Positions 53,094 to 61,713 of a stretch of DNA of 64,000 nt are shown here, piece after piece. The position numbers and the translations under genes are program-made. The DNA lies in IMG/VR virus record IMGVR_UViG_3300046660_000488, positions 310,001 to 374,000 of that record; one strand, 5' to 3'. Position 1 is the first letter of the stretch; every line of letters begins with the position of its first letter. Under the pieces are notes generated by a model that had not been told where the DNA came from, made no database searches, and worked only from the letters and a program-made list of their open reading frames with translations.

Positions 53094-54323
53094 TCACGCA
53101 TACGGGGCGTTGAGATAGGCCGCATGATCCTGAGCCTCGACAATCAGGGACGGCAGGTAGTTGTCCTTGCAGAATTTCAGGAAATGGACCCCGACGCCCT
53201 GCACCTTGGGCTTTTGGACAGCCTCGAACACAACCTCCGTCATCAGGTTCTTGATCCGGTCGGGCATCTGGGTGAGGTCGATCAGCGATTCGTTGATCTT
53301 GAACTCGGAACCCACCGTAACCTTTTCCTTGATCGGATCGCCGGTCTGCGGATCGAAACCGACGATCTTGTCCCACTCCGTCTGGAAGAAATTGTTCCAG
53401 ACGTAGTCCTTGGTCTTGCGGTCTTCCCAAGCTTCGCAGATGCCCGCGCGCTTGGATGACCCCTTGTAGAAGACGCCGGGGTAGGACGAGAACACGCTGT
53501 CGCCGACGTCGCCACGGATCAGCTTCACGAACAGGGCCTTACGCCACCATTCGGGCTCGATGGTGAACGAGAATTCTTCCCGAACAAACGGCTCCGGAAC
53601 ATACGCCACCGGCTCATACGACGGCTTCTTGACCTGTTTCTTCGCTTCGGCCGCGTCGTGGCGCTCGCGTTTCTTGACTTGTTTTTCGCGGTGCTTGATC
53701 TGCCGCTCGTCTTCCGCAAGCTCGTGCTTGGTGCGGGCTTCGGCGAACGTGCCCTTGATCGACACCTTGCCGCTGTCGGGCTTGATCGCGAACACCAGTT
53801 GTTCACCGGTCTCGACGCGGAACACGCCGTCCGTGGTCAGCAGGGTGTCGTCGAGGCCGTTGTAGATTTTGACCTTGGGGGACAGCAACTGCACGAAGTC
53901 GCTGTCGCTCGACAGGATGATGTGCTCGTCGTCCGGGTGTAGGGCGATCCAGTGCGCGATCCAGTCGTCGCCTTCCACGCCATCCTTCTGGAGGACGGTG
54001 CAGCGGGTCTTGTCGTTCAGGAATTCCTGAAAGTCGTTCATGACGTGCATGAACGCGGCTTCCTCTTCCTTTTCGGCCGGGGTCGCCTCCATCTTGTCCA
54101 GCTTCCGCTTGGACTTGTACTTGGGGTAGATGTCGTAGCGCCAGCTACGGCCTTCGCAGGTGAAGACGAAGTGATCCGTCTTGAACTCGCGGTGCAGCTT
54201 CCGCAGCGAGCGGAAGATGATGGTCAGAGCCAGACCCGCCTTCGTGAAGGCGTCGCCCTGTGCGGCGTGGCGGGCGCGATAAAACAGGTTTGCGACATCA
54301 ACAATCGCGTAGCGTCTGGACAT
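53094..54323 (-). CDS. rnh: T4-type RNase H (FEN-like 5'-3' exonuclease)
   Basis: IVDVANL, EGRSWR, EGDDWI, SSDSDFVQL, RGDVGD. Confidence 0.88.
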   Translation of the reverse strand: MSRRYAIVDVANLFYRARHAAQGDAFTKAGLALTIIFRSLRKLHREFKTDHFVFTCEGRSWRYDIYPKYKSKRKLDKMEATPAEKEEEAAFMHVMNDFQEFLNDKTRCTVLQKDGVEGDDWIAHWIALHPDDEHIILSSDSDFVQLLSPKVKIYNGLDDTLLTTDGVFRVETGEQLVFAIKPDSGKVSIKGTFAEARTKHELAEDERQIKHREKQVKKRERHDAAEAKKQVKKPSYEPVAYVPEPFVREEFSFTIEPEWWRKALFVKLIRGDVGDSVFSSYPGVFYKGSSKRAGICEAWEDRKTKDYVWNNFFQTEWDKIVGFDPQTGDPIKEKVTVGSEFKINESLIDLTQMPDRIKNLMTEVVFEAVQKPKVQGVGVHFLKFCKDNYLPSLIVEAQDHAAYLNAPYA

Positions 54324-54393
54324 GAATGGCCTCAAATAATGACCCCCATCTTAGGAGCCAATTAGAAGCCTGTCAAATTTTGGTTAACCAGAT

Positions 54394-54621
54394 TTAGGCC
54401 GCGAGTTTGGCCGCCTGCTGCGCGCTGATCTGGTCGTAGAATTTCGACCGCCAGTCGCCCCAGTCGCCGAAACAGCCGATGCTGATCATCACGTGTTCGG
54501 GGACGATTTCTGTGTCGAGCACGAGCGCGCTGATGCGGCGCCCGAACAGGTAGGTTTCCCTGACCAGCTTCTGAACGTTGTCGCCCGGCTTGCGAGTGAC
54601 CCTATCCTTGATCGTGATCAT
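54394..54621 (-). CDS. hypothetical protein
   Basis: 75 aa. Confidence 0.55.
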   Translation of the reverse strand: MITIKDRVTRKPGDNVQKLVRETYLFGRRISALVLDTEIVPEHVMISIGCFGDWGDWRSKFYDQISAQQAAKLAA

Positions 54622-54650
54622 AAAAAATCCCCTCTGTGGAGCAGAGGGGG
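54622..54650 (-). terminator. intrinsic terminator
   Basis: CCCCTCTG/CAGAGGGG stem with minus-strand T run. Confidence 0.65.
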
Positions 54651-54675
54651 ACTTTAGAGCAAGTTCAGGGAGAAA

Positions 54676-55008
54676 TCAAGCCTTGAGTTTGAACTGAATG
54701 GCAACCACAGAATCAGAGGCTGCTTCGATGCTGTAGCTTTCACCGAGGCCAGAGCTAAACAGCTTCAGGAGAATGGCGAACGGAATACCTTCAGCGGGGA
54801 CGAACACCGCGACGCTCACGCTGCCATTTTCGATGTAGACCGCATTGCGGCGAGCGAATTCGAGGCCCAGACGTTCGAAAACTTCCTTCGTCTTTGCCTC
54901 GATCTGTTGGTCGCGCATGGCCTCAGCTTCGGACGCTTCCGGGTCGTAGCCGTATTCGTCTGGTTCTTCGTTGATACCAGCCAATTCGATGATGCGAGAG
55001 TGATCCAT
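54676..55008 (-). CDS. probable virion internal protein
   Basis: N-terminus MDHSRIIELAGINEE; GTAAATA 6 nt upstream. Confidence 0.6.
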   Translation of the reverse strand: MDHSRIIELAGINEEPDEYGYDPEASEAEAMRDQQIEAKTKEVFERLGLEFARRNAVYIENGSVSVAVFVPAEGIPFAILLKLFSSGLGESYSIEAASDSVVAIQFKLKA

Positions 55009-55014
55009 GGGTAC

Positions 55015-55021
55015 TATTTAC
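55015..55021 (-). promoter_or_regulatory. late promoter motif GTAAATA
   Basis: 6 nt before ATG 55008. Confidence 0.55.
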
Positions 55022-55023
55022 CC

Positions 55024-55974
55024 TTAGTACCGGTAGCGGCCGTTCTGTCCGTTGTTGTAGAACCGGTTGGAGTTGAACGGGACGGGCTCGTCGTCAAACG
55101 GGATGCCAGCGTTGTCGCGGCAGACGTCCGAGAACCATTGCTCGACCAGTTCTTCATCCGTGCGGCCGATGTAGCCGTTCAGACGAAGCTCTTCGATCCA
55201 GCGCTCATTCCAGTCGAATTTGAAGAAGATGCCGTTGATGCCCTTGGAGGGGTCGAACGAGTTGTCCACGACGGCGACCCACGGCTCACCCTTGGCGGTG
55301 GCCATGGCCTTGTCGTACTCGAACTGGGTCATCTTGCCGTGCTTGAAATCGACGGTCAGGAACGCCTGTTCCTTCTCCTGATCGGTCAGATACTCGTCGA
55401 GCTTGGCCGACTCCATGTCGTAATCGTACTGGCTGATCTTGCCGTGCTTCAGCTTGGCGTCGAGCACTTCGTATTCGGTCAGGGCCGAGCCGAGATCGTA
55501 GTCGAATTCGCTGATCTTGCCGTGGTTGTAAAGGACCCGGAGGCGGTCGTTGTCCGTCTCGGCGACCGACATGTCGAAATCGAATTGGGTCAACAAGCCG
55601 TGCTTCAACTTGACCAAGCTCTGGGCATGCTCGTTCGGCGCCTGAAGCATGTCGTAGTCGTACTGGCTAATCTTGCCGTGTTTCAGGTCGATCTTGGCCT
55701 GCTGGTCGGGATCAACCTCGCCGCCGTTGGCGTACAGGGCCTTGGCCGAGTCGTAGTCCCAGTCGGCAATCTTGCCGTATTTCTTGGACACTTCGAGGAC
55801 CGCGCTCAGGTACTCGATGGATTTCTTGTTCGGGTTCGCGATCTCGGCGAGCCGCAGATCGAGGTCTTCGCCGTCGAAATAGTAGTGAGCTTCAGCTTCA
55901 TCGTACACCCGACCCACGAGCCCCCAGCTTGCCGGGAGAAGGTTGAACGGGATGAATTTGGTCTTCTTGGCCAT
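55024..55974 (-). CDS. protein with six tandem KHGKISQYDYD-like repeats
   Basis: Repeats visible in translation; C-terminal GEPWV...FDWN domain. Confidence 0.75.
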   Translation of the reverse strand: MAKKTKFIPFNLLPASWGLVGRVYDEAEAHYYFDGEDLDLRLAEIANPNKKSIEYLSAVLEVSKKYGKIADWDYDSAKALYANGGEVDPDQQAKIDLKHGKISQYDYDMLQAPNEHAQSLVKLKHGLLTQFDFDMSVAETDNDRLRVLYNHGKISEFDYDLGSALTEYEVLDAKLKHGKISQYDYDMESAKLDEYLTDQEKEQAFLTVDFKHGKMTQFEYDKAMATAKGEPWVAVVDNSFDPSKGINGIFFKFDWNERWIEELRLNGYIGRTDEELVEQWFSDVCRDNAGIPFDDEPVPFNSNRFYNNGQNGRYRY

Positions 55975-55978
55975 GGGA

Positions 55979-56449
55979 TCAGTCCTGTGCGAGACGCAGG
56001 AACATGCAGAACCGGTCCCACTCGCTCTTGAGGGTTGGATTTTCGTGCACGACGTTCATGATCTTGGCGAAGTCAGTGCCGACCGTGAGGTAGTGATTGA
56101 TGATGTGGGAGATATCCATGATCGTCTGTTCGTCCGGCGGATCGCCATTGCCGGTCGAATACAGAGAGGGGACGTCGATGTCCCGAGAGTGGAGCAGAGA
56201 GCATGCTTCCTGCATGATGCCGTGACCCGCCTTCAGGTACATTAGCTCAATTGGTTGCTGTTCCATGAAATCGGAGAACCGAGCAGTCCACTGGGCATTG
56301 ATGTCCTTCTCAAGCTCAGCAAGTTGATCGCGGATGTCGGCGCGCCGTTCGCGGCGCTCATCGGTGTTGGCCGCGTCGTTGTTCTTGAGGTCTTCGCCTA
56401 CGACATCATAGATGGCGGCGACGGTGGCTTCTTCGGGGGTGTTATCCAT
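55979..56449 (-). CDS. hypothetical protein
   Basis: 156 aa; CTAAATA at 56476-56482 upstream. Confidence 0.65.
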   Translation of the reverse strand: MDNTPEEATVAAIYDVVGEDLKNNDAANTDERRERRADIRDQLAELEKDINAQWTARFSDFMEQQPIELMYLKAGHGIMQEACSLLHSRDIDVPSLYSTGNGDPPDEQTIMDISHIINHYLTVGTDFAKIMNVVHENPTLKSEWDRFCMFLRLAQD

Positions 56450-56493
56450 GGTGTTTACTTCGAAAACTGCGAAGTTATTTAGTCCAAGAAGGG

Positions 56494-56521
56494 AAAAGGG
56501 CAGGCCGCAGCCTGCCCTTTT
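56494..56521. terminator. intrinsic terminator
   Basis: AAAAGGGCAGGC-CGCA-GCCTGCCCTTTT perfect inverted repeat. Confidence 0.85.
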
Positions 56522-56625
56522 AAGTCACGGTGGGCTGTCTGGGAGACCTCCCGCCGCTGCGTGCCGCCCGCGAGTGATTTGGATCACCTCCCTTTTTGGA
56601 CGATTGCTGGGCGGCCGGTCGGTGA

Positions 56626-57042
56626 TCACGTCTCGCGGGTTTGACCCTTCGGAGGCGTGGGATAGGAGGGGTGCAGCGTCGGATCGTTGACGTTGAACAC
56701 CGTGAAAGATGGGCGCTGGTTGGTTCCCGAGAAACCGTAGCCCGAGCCCACGACGGGCTCGCCGAACGTGCCGTTCATGTTGTCGAAGCCGCCGGGCGTC
56801 AGCGAGGATTCCACGGCGCCGACCGTGACGATGTTCGGGCCGAGGATCATGCCCAGACCACCGGCGATGGCCTCCATGATTTCCTTGGGGTCGTGCTTGA
56901 CATCCAACTGGCGTCCACCCTTGAGGTGAACGGCCGACGCCGAATAGCCAAGGTAGTCGATTGGCGAGACTTGCACGATCTGGCCAGCCTTGACGTACGT
57001 GGTCTGATCGTTGCAGGTCGTCATTTCCAGAAACTGGCTCAT
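56626..57042 (-). CDS. hypothetical protein, FlbD-like N-terminal domain possible
   Basis: TYVKAGQIVQV...VHLKGGRQLDVKHDPKEI; overlap with clamp stop. Confidence 0.5.
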   Translation of the reverse strand: MSQFLEMTTCNDQTTYVKAGQIVQVSPIDYLGYSASAVHLKGGRQLDVKHDPKEIMEAIAGGLGMILGPNIVTVGAVESSLTPGGFDNMNGTFGEPVVGSGYGFSGTNQRPSFTVFNVNDPTLHPSYPTPPKGQTRET

Positions 57043-57776
57043 GCGTTTGCTCTCATGACGTAGCTGTAGTCGCCGTAGGGTGTCTCGACTTGCACCGAGA
57101 TCACGCCACGGTCGGTGACGTTGAAGGTGGCGAGGTGGTTGCCCGCCTGCTTGAGGTATTCGAGGATCATCTTGACATCCCACTGGATGTCGCCTCTGAG
57201 CTTGCCTTCCACGCCTTCGGCGAAGACCATGCTCGCCCGGTGGGTCGAGGACGAGTCGTCGCCGAGGATGAAGTGGAGGTTGCCTTCCTCATCGGTGCGG
57301 ATGTCCACGGTCGTGTGGAACTCGCTGTACATGTTGTACAGTTGGTTGAATTCGGTGACCTTTTCCTTCTTGATCTCGACCGATACATCCCAAGGGATAC
57401 GGCCGATGATCGTCACGCTGGGCGCCGCTTCCGGGTTCATGACCCGATAGTCGGCCTTGCTGCGCGTTTTCGGGTTGCGGAACTCGATCTGCTCGACCGT
57501 GGTGGTGTCATTGTAGTCCCGGCGTTTGACCGCGACCGTGGCGTCCATCGACTTGTAGGACGCAAAGTTCAGCAGGCCCGACAGCAATTCCATGTTGGCC
57601 ATGCCGAATTCGCCGCTCAGATCAGCCAGCGGTTCCTTCAGCTTGCCCTCGAAGAAACGGATCATGTTCCCGTCTTCGCCTTTGATCAGGGTCTCAGTCT
57701 CTGAGCCGATCACGCGAACCACGGGGAAAAGGGCCGACGCCTGTTTGACGATGTCAGAAAGCGCGTCGCGCATCAA
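57039..57776 (-). CDS. sliding clamp (T4 gp45-like)
   Basis: 245 aa, two-domain beta-rich pattern; close to polymerase; clamp loader in window. Confidence 0.6.
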   Translation of the reverse strand: MMRDALSDIVKQASALFPVVRVIGSETETLIKGEDGNMIRFFEGKLKEPLADLSGEFGMANMELLSGLLNFASYKSMDATVAVKRRDYNDTTTVEQIEFRNPKTRSKADYRVMNPEAAPSVTIIGRIPWDVSVEIKKEKVTEFNQLYNMYSEFHTTVDIRTDEEGNLHFILGDDSSSTHRASMVFAEGVEGKLRGDIQWDVKMILEYLKQAGNHLATFNVTDRGVISVQVETPYGDYSYVMRANA

Positions 57777-57829
57777 AAAATCTCCTAAAGTATGACTCAG
57801 TTAACCAAAATGGAAAATGCGCGGCAATA

Positions 57830-58333
57830 TCAGTCTTGCTTGAACATCTTGAAGAGGGTCGCCGTAACGTCGTTCTCGAAACTGTAGACGGCGAAATTCG
57901 ACTTGATCTTTGGGGTGGGCGCGAAAATGGAATGGGTGGTGGTGATTTCGTACTGAACTGTCCAGCCGCCGCCTTTGCCTTGCGTCGCGATCCACAACGC
58001 ATCGCCTTCGAGCGCTCGTTTTTCGCCACAGTCGATCCGCACCTTGAACGGGAACGGTTCGGTTCGGATGACGAAATCGACCGCATGCTCAGCAGGTGGA
58101 TGGTAGTGCATCTTCCCACCGTCCTCAGACACGAACAGGATCGTGAATTCCGGTGGCAGGTGATCATGCAATTTGGCCATGCCCATCTGACGCGGGAGGA
58201 ACACGTGATCCTTCGTCACCGTGGGGTCAATCGGCTGGACGCCGACGATGGCCTTGGCGATGCGCTGGACTTCGCTCAGGACTTCGCTCAGGACTTCGTC
58301 TTCATCGTCAGGCAAATGTGAAGAATTCTGCAC
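57830..58333 (-). CDS. hypothetical protein (paralog family)
   Basis: C-terminus YSFENDVTATLFKMFKQD. Confidence 0.6.
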   Translation of the reverse strand: MQNSSHLPDDEDEVLSEVLSEVQRIAKAIVGVQPIDPTVTKDHVFLPRQMGMAKLHDHLPPEFTILFVSEDGGKMHYHPPAEHAVDFVIRTEPFPFKVRIDCGEKRALEGDALWIATQGKGGGWTVQYEITTTHSIFAPTPKIKSNFAVYSFENDVTATLFKMFKQD

Positions 58334-61190
58334 CCATTCTCTCCTTGGTTTCTTCCATATTCCACTTCAGCACGCCAAAGAGGTTGTTGAGCTTGTTGTC
58401 GATGATCGTGGTCTCCATCGCCTCGTGGTTGAAGGGCAAGTCCTTGAACCACTGCGGGATTTGCAGTTCGTCGATGGGATATGCCACTTCCGAGACCCCA
58501 AGCATGTTGTGCTTGAGCTTGCAGACGACGATCTTGGAGCCGTCGCCGATCCGCATGGAGTACTTGTCGTCGAAGGTTTTGCAGAGCTTGTTCCAGTTCA
58601 TGGCGGCCTCGACGTGCGAGACCTTGTTGACCTTGACCTTCGTGCCCTTGCGGAGCTTCAGCGCTTCTTGGAACGACAGGTCGTTCACGTACTGCTTGCG
58701 GCTGACGTAGTCCGCCAGCGCCGACACCTTCTTAGGCGCGCCCTTGTCCCAGCCGGGCTTCGTCTTGAAGTCCTTCCGGAAGGCTCGGATTTGGTCGAAG
58801 ATGTTCGCCTTATCGACGCCGCAAAGCAGGTCCATCAGCACCTTGGACAGGAATTCCTGCATGTACTTGGGCGTGTCGGCGCGCTTCAGGTCCAGACCCA
58901 TGACCTTGAGCTTGCCCGGCTTGCCGTCGATATCCAGACGGTGGCCGTCCTTGTCGTACATCAGCACCGCGTATTTCTTCTTCTTGATGAAGAGGCCCTT
59001 CGACGCCACCAGTTCGCGACCGGCCTTGATCAGCCCGCCGCGCTCTTCGCCAGTGTTGAAGGTCCGGTTCATGAATTCGGGGAACGTCGCGTTGCACTGC
59101 TCAGCGATCTGGTCGTACAGTTCGATGGTCTGATCGCGGGTCCAGCCCTCGACGTCCTTGAACAGCATCTTCGCCGTGAAATACGAGGAGTCCGTGTCCG
59201 AGTAGATGATCGCGTCGCCGTCGATCTGGTACGTGCCCGTGATGATCTCGTTGATCTTCGAGTTCATGTGACGCACGACCGACCGGCCGGTCAGGGTGAC
59301 CGACTGACCAAGGCGCTCGTCATAGAACCGCAGGCCTTCGTTAAGCAGGGCGCCGTACAGCGAGTTCAGCAGAATCTTACGAGCCTGCTGGCGCTGATTC
59401 CAGAAGCCTTCCCAGTAGATGCAGAGTTCCTTCTGCTCCGGGGTCAGGTCGCCGGTCAGGGGCAGGTTCACCTCTTGGACGAACGCGGCTTCCGCGTCCT
59501 TCAGGGGCTTGCCTTCCTTGCGCTTGGTGAAAGCCTCTTCCTTGGCCTGCATCTGCTTACGTTCGGAATACCACTTGGCCAGCAGTTGCGGGATGATGCC
59601 GCTCTTCTTGGTCGAGAAGATCGTTCCGTTGGCAGTGACGCAGAGCTTGTTCGCCGGGTTGAAGATGTAGTCGTAGAACGACAGGCCCGTGAACGAACGC
59701 GACGTGCCGTCCTCGAAATCGACAACGAACGGGGTGTCGTCGCGGCGGTGCATGGCGTCCACCTCGAAACAGGCGAACACCCCTTCCCACGCTTCGGCCC
59801 GCTTCTTGGGACCAAGCTCCAGCACCTTCTTGTTGATGAAATCCATCGTCGAGCCCAGACGAATCTGGCCAACGATGGTCTCAGGGCTCATGTTGAGCGA
59901 CCGGATCACGGACGGGTACAGCGAGTTGATGTCCACGCAGCCGATCTCGTCCCACAACCCAGTCTTGGGCGGGGCGACATAGGCGCCGACGACCGGCGTA
60001 CGGCCGTCAACTACAGGCGGAGCCGGGCCATCATCGTCGTCGTTCTCGTAGCCGAAGTTGTCCTTGAATTCTTCTTCCTTCAGGACGTTCTTGCGGTCGG
60101 GCACGACGAAACCCATCGCGTGCATTTCGTTGATGATCGCGGTCTCGACCAGCGACACCGACCCGAGCGTCGTCTTCAGCAGCACACAGTTGCCGTGTGC
60201 GACTTGGTTCGAAAGCTCGATGAAGCGCTTCTTCTTGTCGATCTTGTACAGCAGCAGGGTATCCTGCCGATTGTATTCGATGAACTTGTGGAAGTCCTTC
60301 TTGTACAGGTCGTCCAGCGTCCCTTGGTATGGGACCTTGTTCTCCTTCACTTCGATTTCACCAACGAAATCGAGGCGGTAGGAGTGAAGTTGCTGGGTGT
60401 TGTGCTTCTGGTAGAGGTCCAGATAGTCAAGGTGGACCCGGCCGACCAGATCGTAGGTCTTATGAGTCCGCTTGAACTTCATGTACTCGCGCTCGCGCGG
60501 GTACTGGCGCCACAGGCACAGGTCGCGCGTGTAGTCCTTGCCCAGCACCCTCGTCATGCGGTTGACGATGTAGGGAATGTCGAAGCCGGTTGAATTCCAG
60601 CCCGACAGCACGTCAACGTCTTCGATCAGGTCGATGAAAGTCTTCATCAGTTCACCTTCGTTGGTGAACAGGAAGGTGTCTTCGATGCTGTCGGCGATGG
60701 CCTGACCATCCTCGTGGGTGTAGGTCGGCGGAAGCAGGACGAGCGTGACCAGACGCGAGATCGAAGTCAGATAGACAGAGATCGCGGTGATGGCGCTGAA
60801 AGGGTCCACGGTGGTGGCCCACCCACGGTCGGGGTTCCAGTCCACCTCAATATCGAAGAAGCCGATGTTGAGGACAGGCGCTTCCACACCCATGTAATGC
60901 GTGGCCAGCGAGCGGAACACCGGGTTGATGTCCGACTCGAAGATTTTGGGCGCGCGCTTGTTGCCTGTGCCACCCTGCATTTTCTCCAACTCCTTGCGGA
61001 ACTTGCCGCCGTGGTTGGTCGAGTATTTCTTGCAGGGGTCGCCGAAAATTGACTGGTGGGAACCGGAGTTGGCTTCGTAGTAGAAGACATACTCGGCGTC
61101 GTGTTCCGTGAGCACACGTTGACCGTTGTGCCGCTCCGCCACCAGAATCTTGTCGTTCTTGCGGTCGTGAATGGCGTCAACGTAGCTCAT
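58308..61190 (-). CDS. family B DNA polymerase (T4 gp43-like)
   Basis: FDIE, WNSTGFDIPY, YNRQD, DINSLYPS, KILLNSLYG, YSDTDS, KKKYA; no intein seen. Confidence 0.96.
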   Translation of the reverse strand: MSYVDAIHDRKNDKILVAERHNGQRVLTEHDAEYVFYYEANSGSHQSIFGDPCKKYSTNHGGKFRKELEKMQGGTGNKRAPKIFESDINPVFRSLATHYMGVEAPVLNIGFFDIEVDWNPDRGWATTVDPFSAITAISVYLTSISRLVTLVLLPPTYTHEDGQAIADSIEDTFLFTNEGELMKTFIDLIEDVDVLSGWNSTGFDIPYIVNRMTRVLGKDYTRDLCLWRQYPREREYMKFKRTHKTYDLVGRVHLDYLDLYQKHNTQQLHSYRLDFVGEIEVKENKVPYQGTLDDLYKKDFHKFIEYNRQDTLLLYKIDKKKRFIELSNQVAHGNCVLLKTTLGSVSLVETAIINEMHAMGFVVPDRKNVLKEEEFKDNFGYENDDDDGPAPPVVDGRTPVVGAYVAPPKTGLWDEIGCVDINSLYPSVIRSLNMSPETIVGQIRLGSTMDFINKKVLELGPKKRAEAWEGVFACFEVDAMHRRDDTPFVVDFEDGTSRSFTGLSFYDYIFNPANKLCVTANGTIFSTKKSGIIPQLLAKWYSERKQMQAKEEAFTKRKEGKPLKDAEAAFVQEVNLPLTGDLTPEQKELCIYWEGFWNQRQQARKILLNSLYGALLNEGLRFYDERLGQSVTLTGRSVVRHMNSKINEIITGTYQIDGDAIIYSDTDSSYFTAKMLFKDVEGWTRDQTIELYDQIAEQCNATFPEFMNRTFNTGEERGGLIKAGRELVASKGLFIKKKKYAVLMYDKDGHRLDIDGKPGKLKVMGLDLKRADTPKYMQEFLSKVLMDLLCGVDKANIFDQIRAFRKDFKTKPGWDKGAPKKVSALADYVSRKQYVNDLSFQEALKLRKGTKVKVNKVSHVEAAMNWNKLCKTFDDKYSMRIGDGSKIVVCKLKHNMLGVSEVAYPIDELQIPQWFKDLPFNHEAMETTIIDNKLNNLFGVLKWNMEETKERMGAEFFTFA

Positions 61191-61219
61191 GAAATCGTAC
61201 CAGAGTTGGGAATGGGCAG

Positions 61220-61226
61220 TATTTAT
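61220..61226 (-). promoter_or_regulatory. late-type promoter motif ATAAATA
   Basis: Upstream of polymerase, just downstream of a terminator. Confidence 0.5.
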
Positions 61227-61231
61227 TGGCG

Positions 61232-61259
61232 GGGAGAGGGGCAAAATTTCCCCTCTCCC
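61232..61259 (-). terminator. probable terminator hairpin
   Basis: GGGAGAGGGG-N8-CCCCTCTCCC. Confidence 0.65.
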
Positions 61260-61283
61260 GTATTATCCAGAGCCTTTTGGGGC

Positions 61284-61559
61284 TTAGATAACCTCGCCGC
61301 CGCGACCGGTGACTTCGAGGATTTCGTCCACGATGTCGTGGTTTTCCTTCTCGGCCTGACGCGAGGCCTTGTAGGCGATGCGGGCGGCCTTCATCAGGTG
61401 GGCGGGCTTCCAGCCGAACTCTTCGGCCAGCGCCTTCGCCGAGTCCTTCAGGCCTGCCTTCAGGTCGTCGGTCTCTTGGAAAATCTTGGTCGAGGCGTCC
61501 ATGAACTGGCCGAGCTTGACGCGGTCGTTGGTCGAGAGGGTTTCAACGTCGATAGCCAT
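61284..61559 (-). CDS. DsbA/GapR-like double-stranded DNA-binding protein
   Basis: DDLKAGLKD..K.LAEEFG.KP..L.KAARIAYK helical pattern. Confidence 0.6.
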   Translation of the reverse strand: MAIDVETLSTNDRVKLGQFMDASTKIFQETDDLKAGLKDSAKALAEEFGWKPAHLMKAARIAYKASRQAEKENHDIVDEILEVTGRGGEVI

Positions 61560-61713
61560 GTGAAAATATCCGGCAAAAATGGTTTCAAGAAATCAGCCGG
61601 TGGAAATCCCCGGCTCACTTTCTGACCATATCGAACCGAAAAATTCAGCGCAAAATTTCGTTTACCAAGGCGGAGGGCTGGACATCGTTTCCCAGATTGC
61701 TACAGTGGCGTCC

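Noticed and set aside
56570-56600. Possible 16S rRNA gene remnant
   Set aside because: Match is limited to 12 nt with no upstream helix 45 sequence; kept only as a regulatory candidate
58308-61190. Intein or intron in PolB
   Set aside because: Continuous frame of about 960 aa with all motifs at plausible spacing; no intein C-terminal HN motif or LAGLIDADG motif noticed
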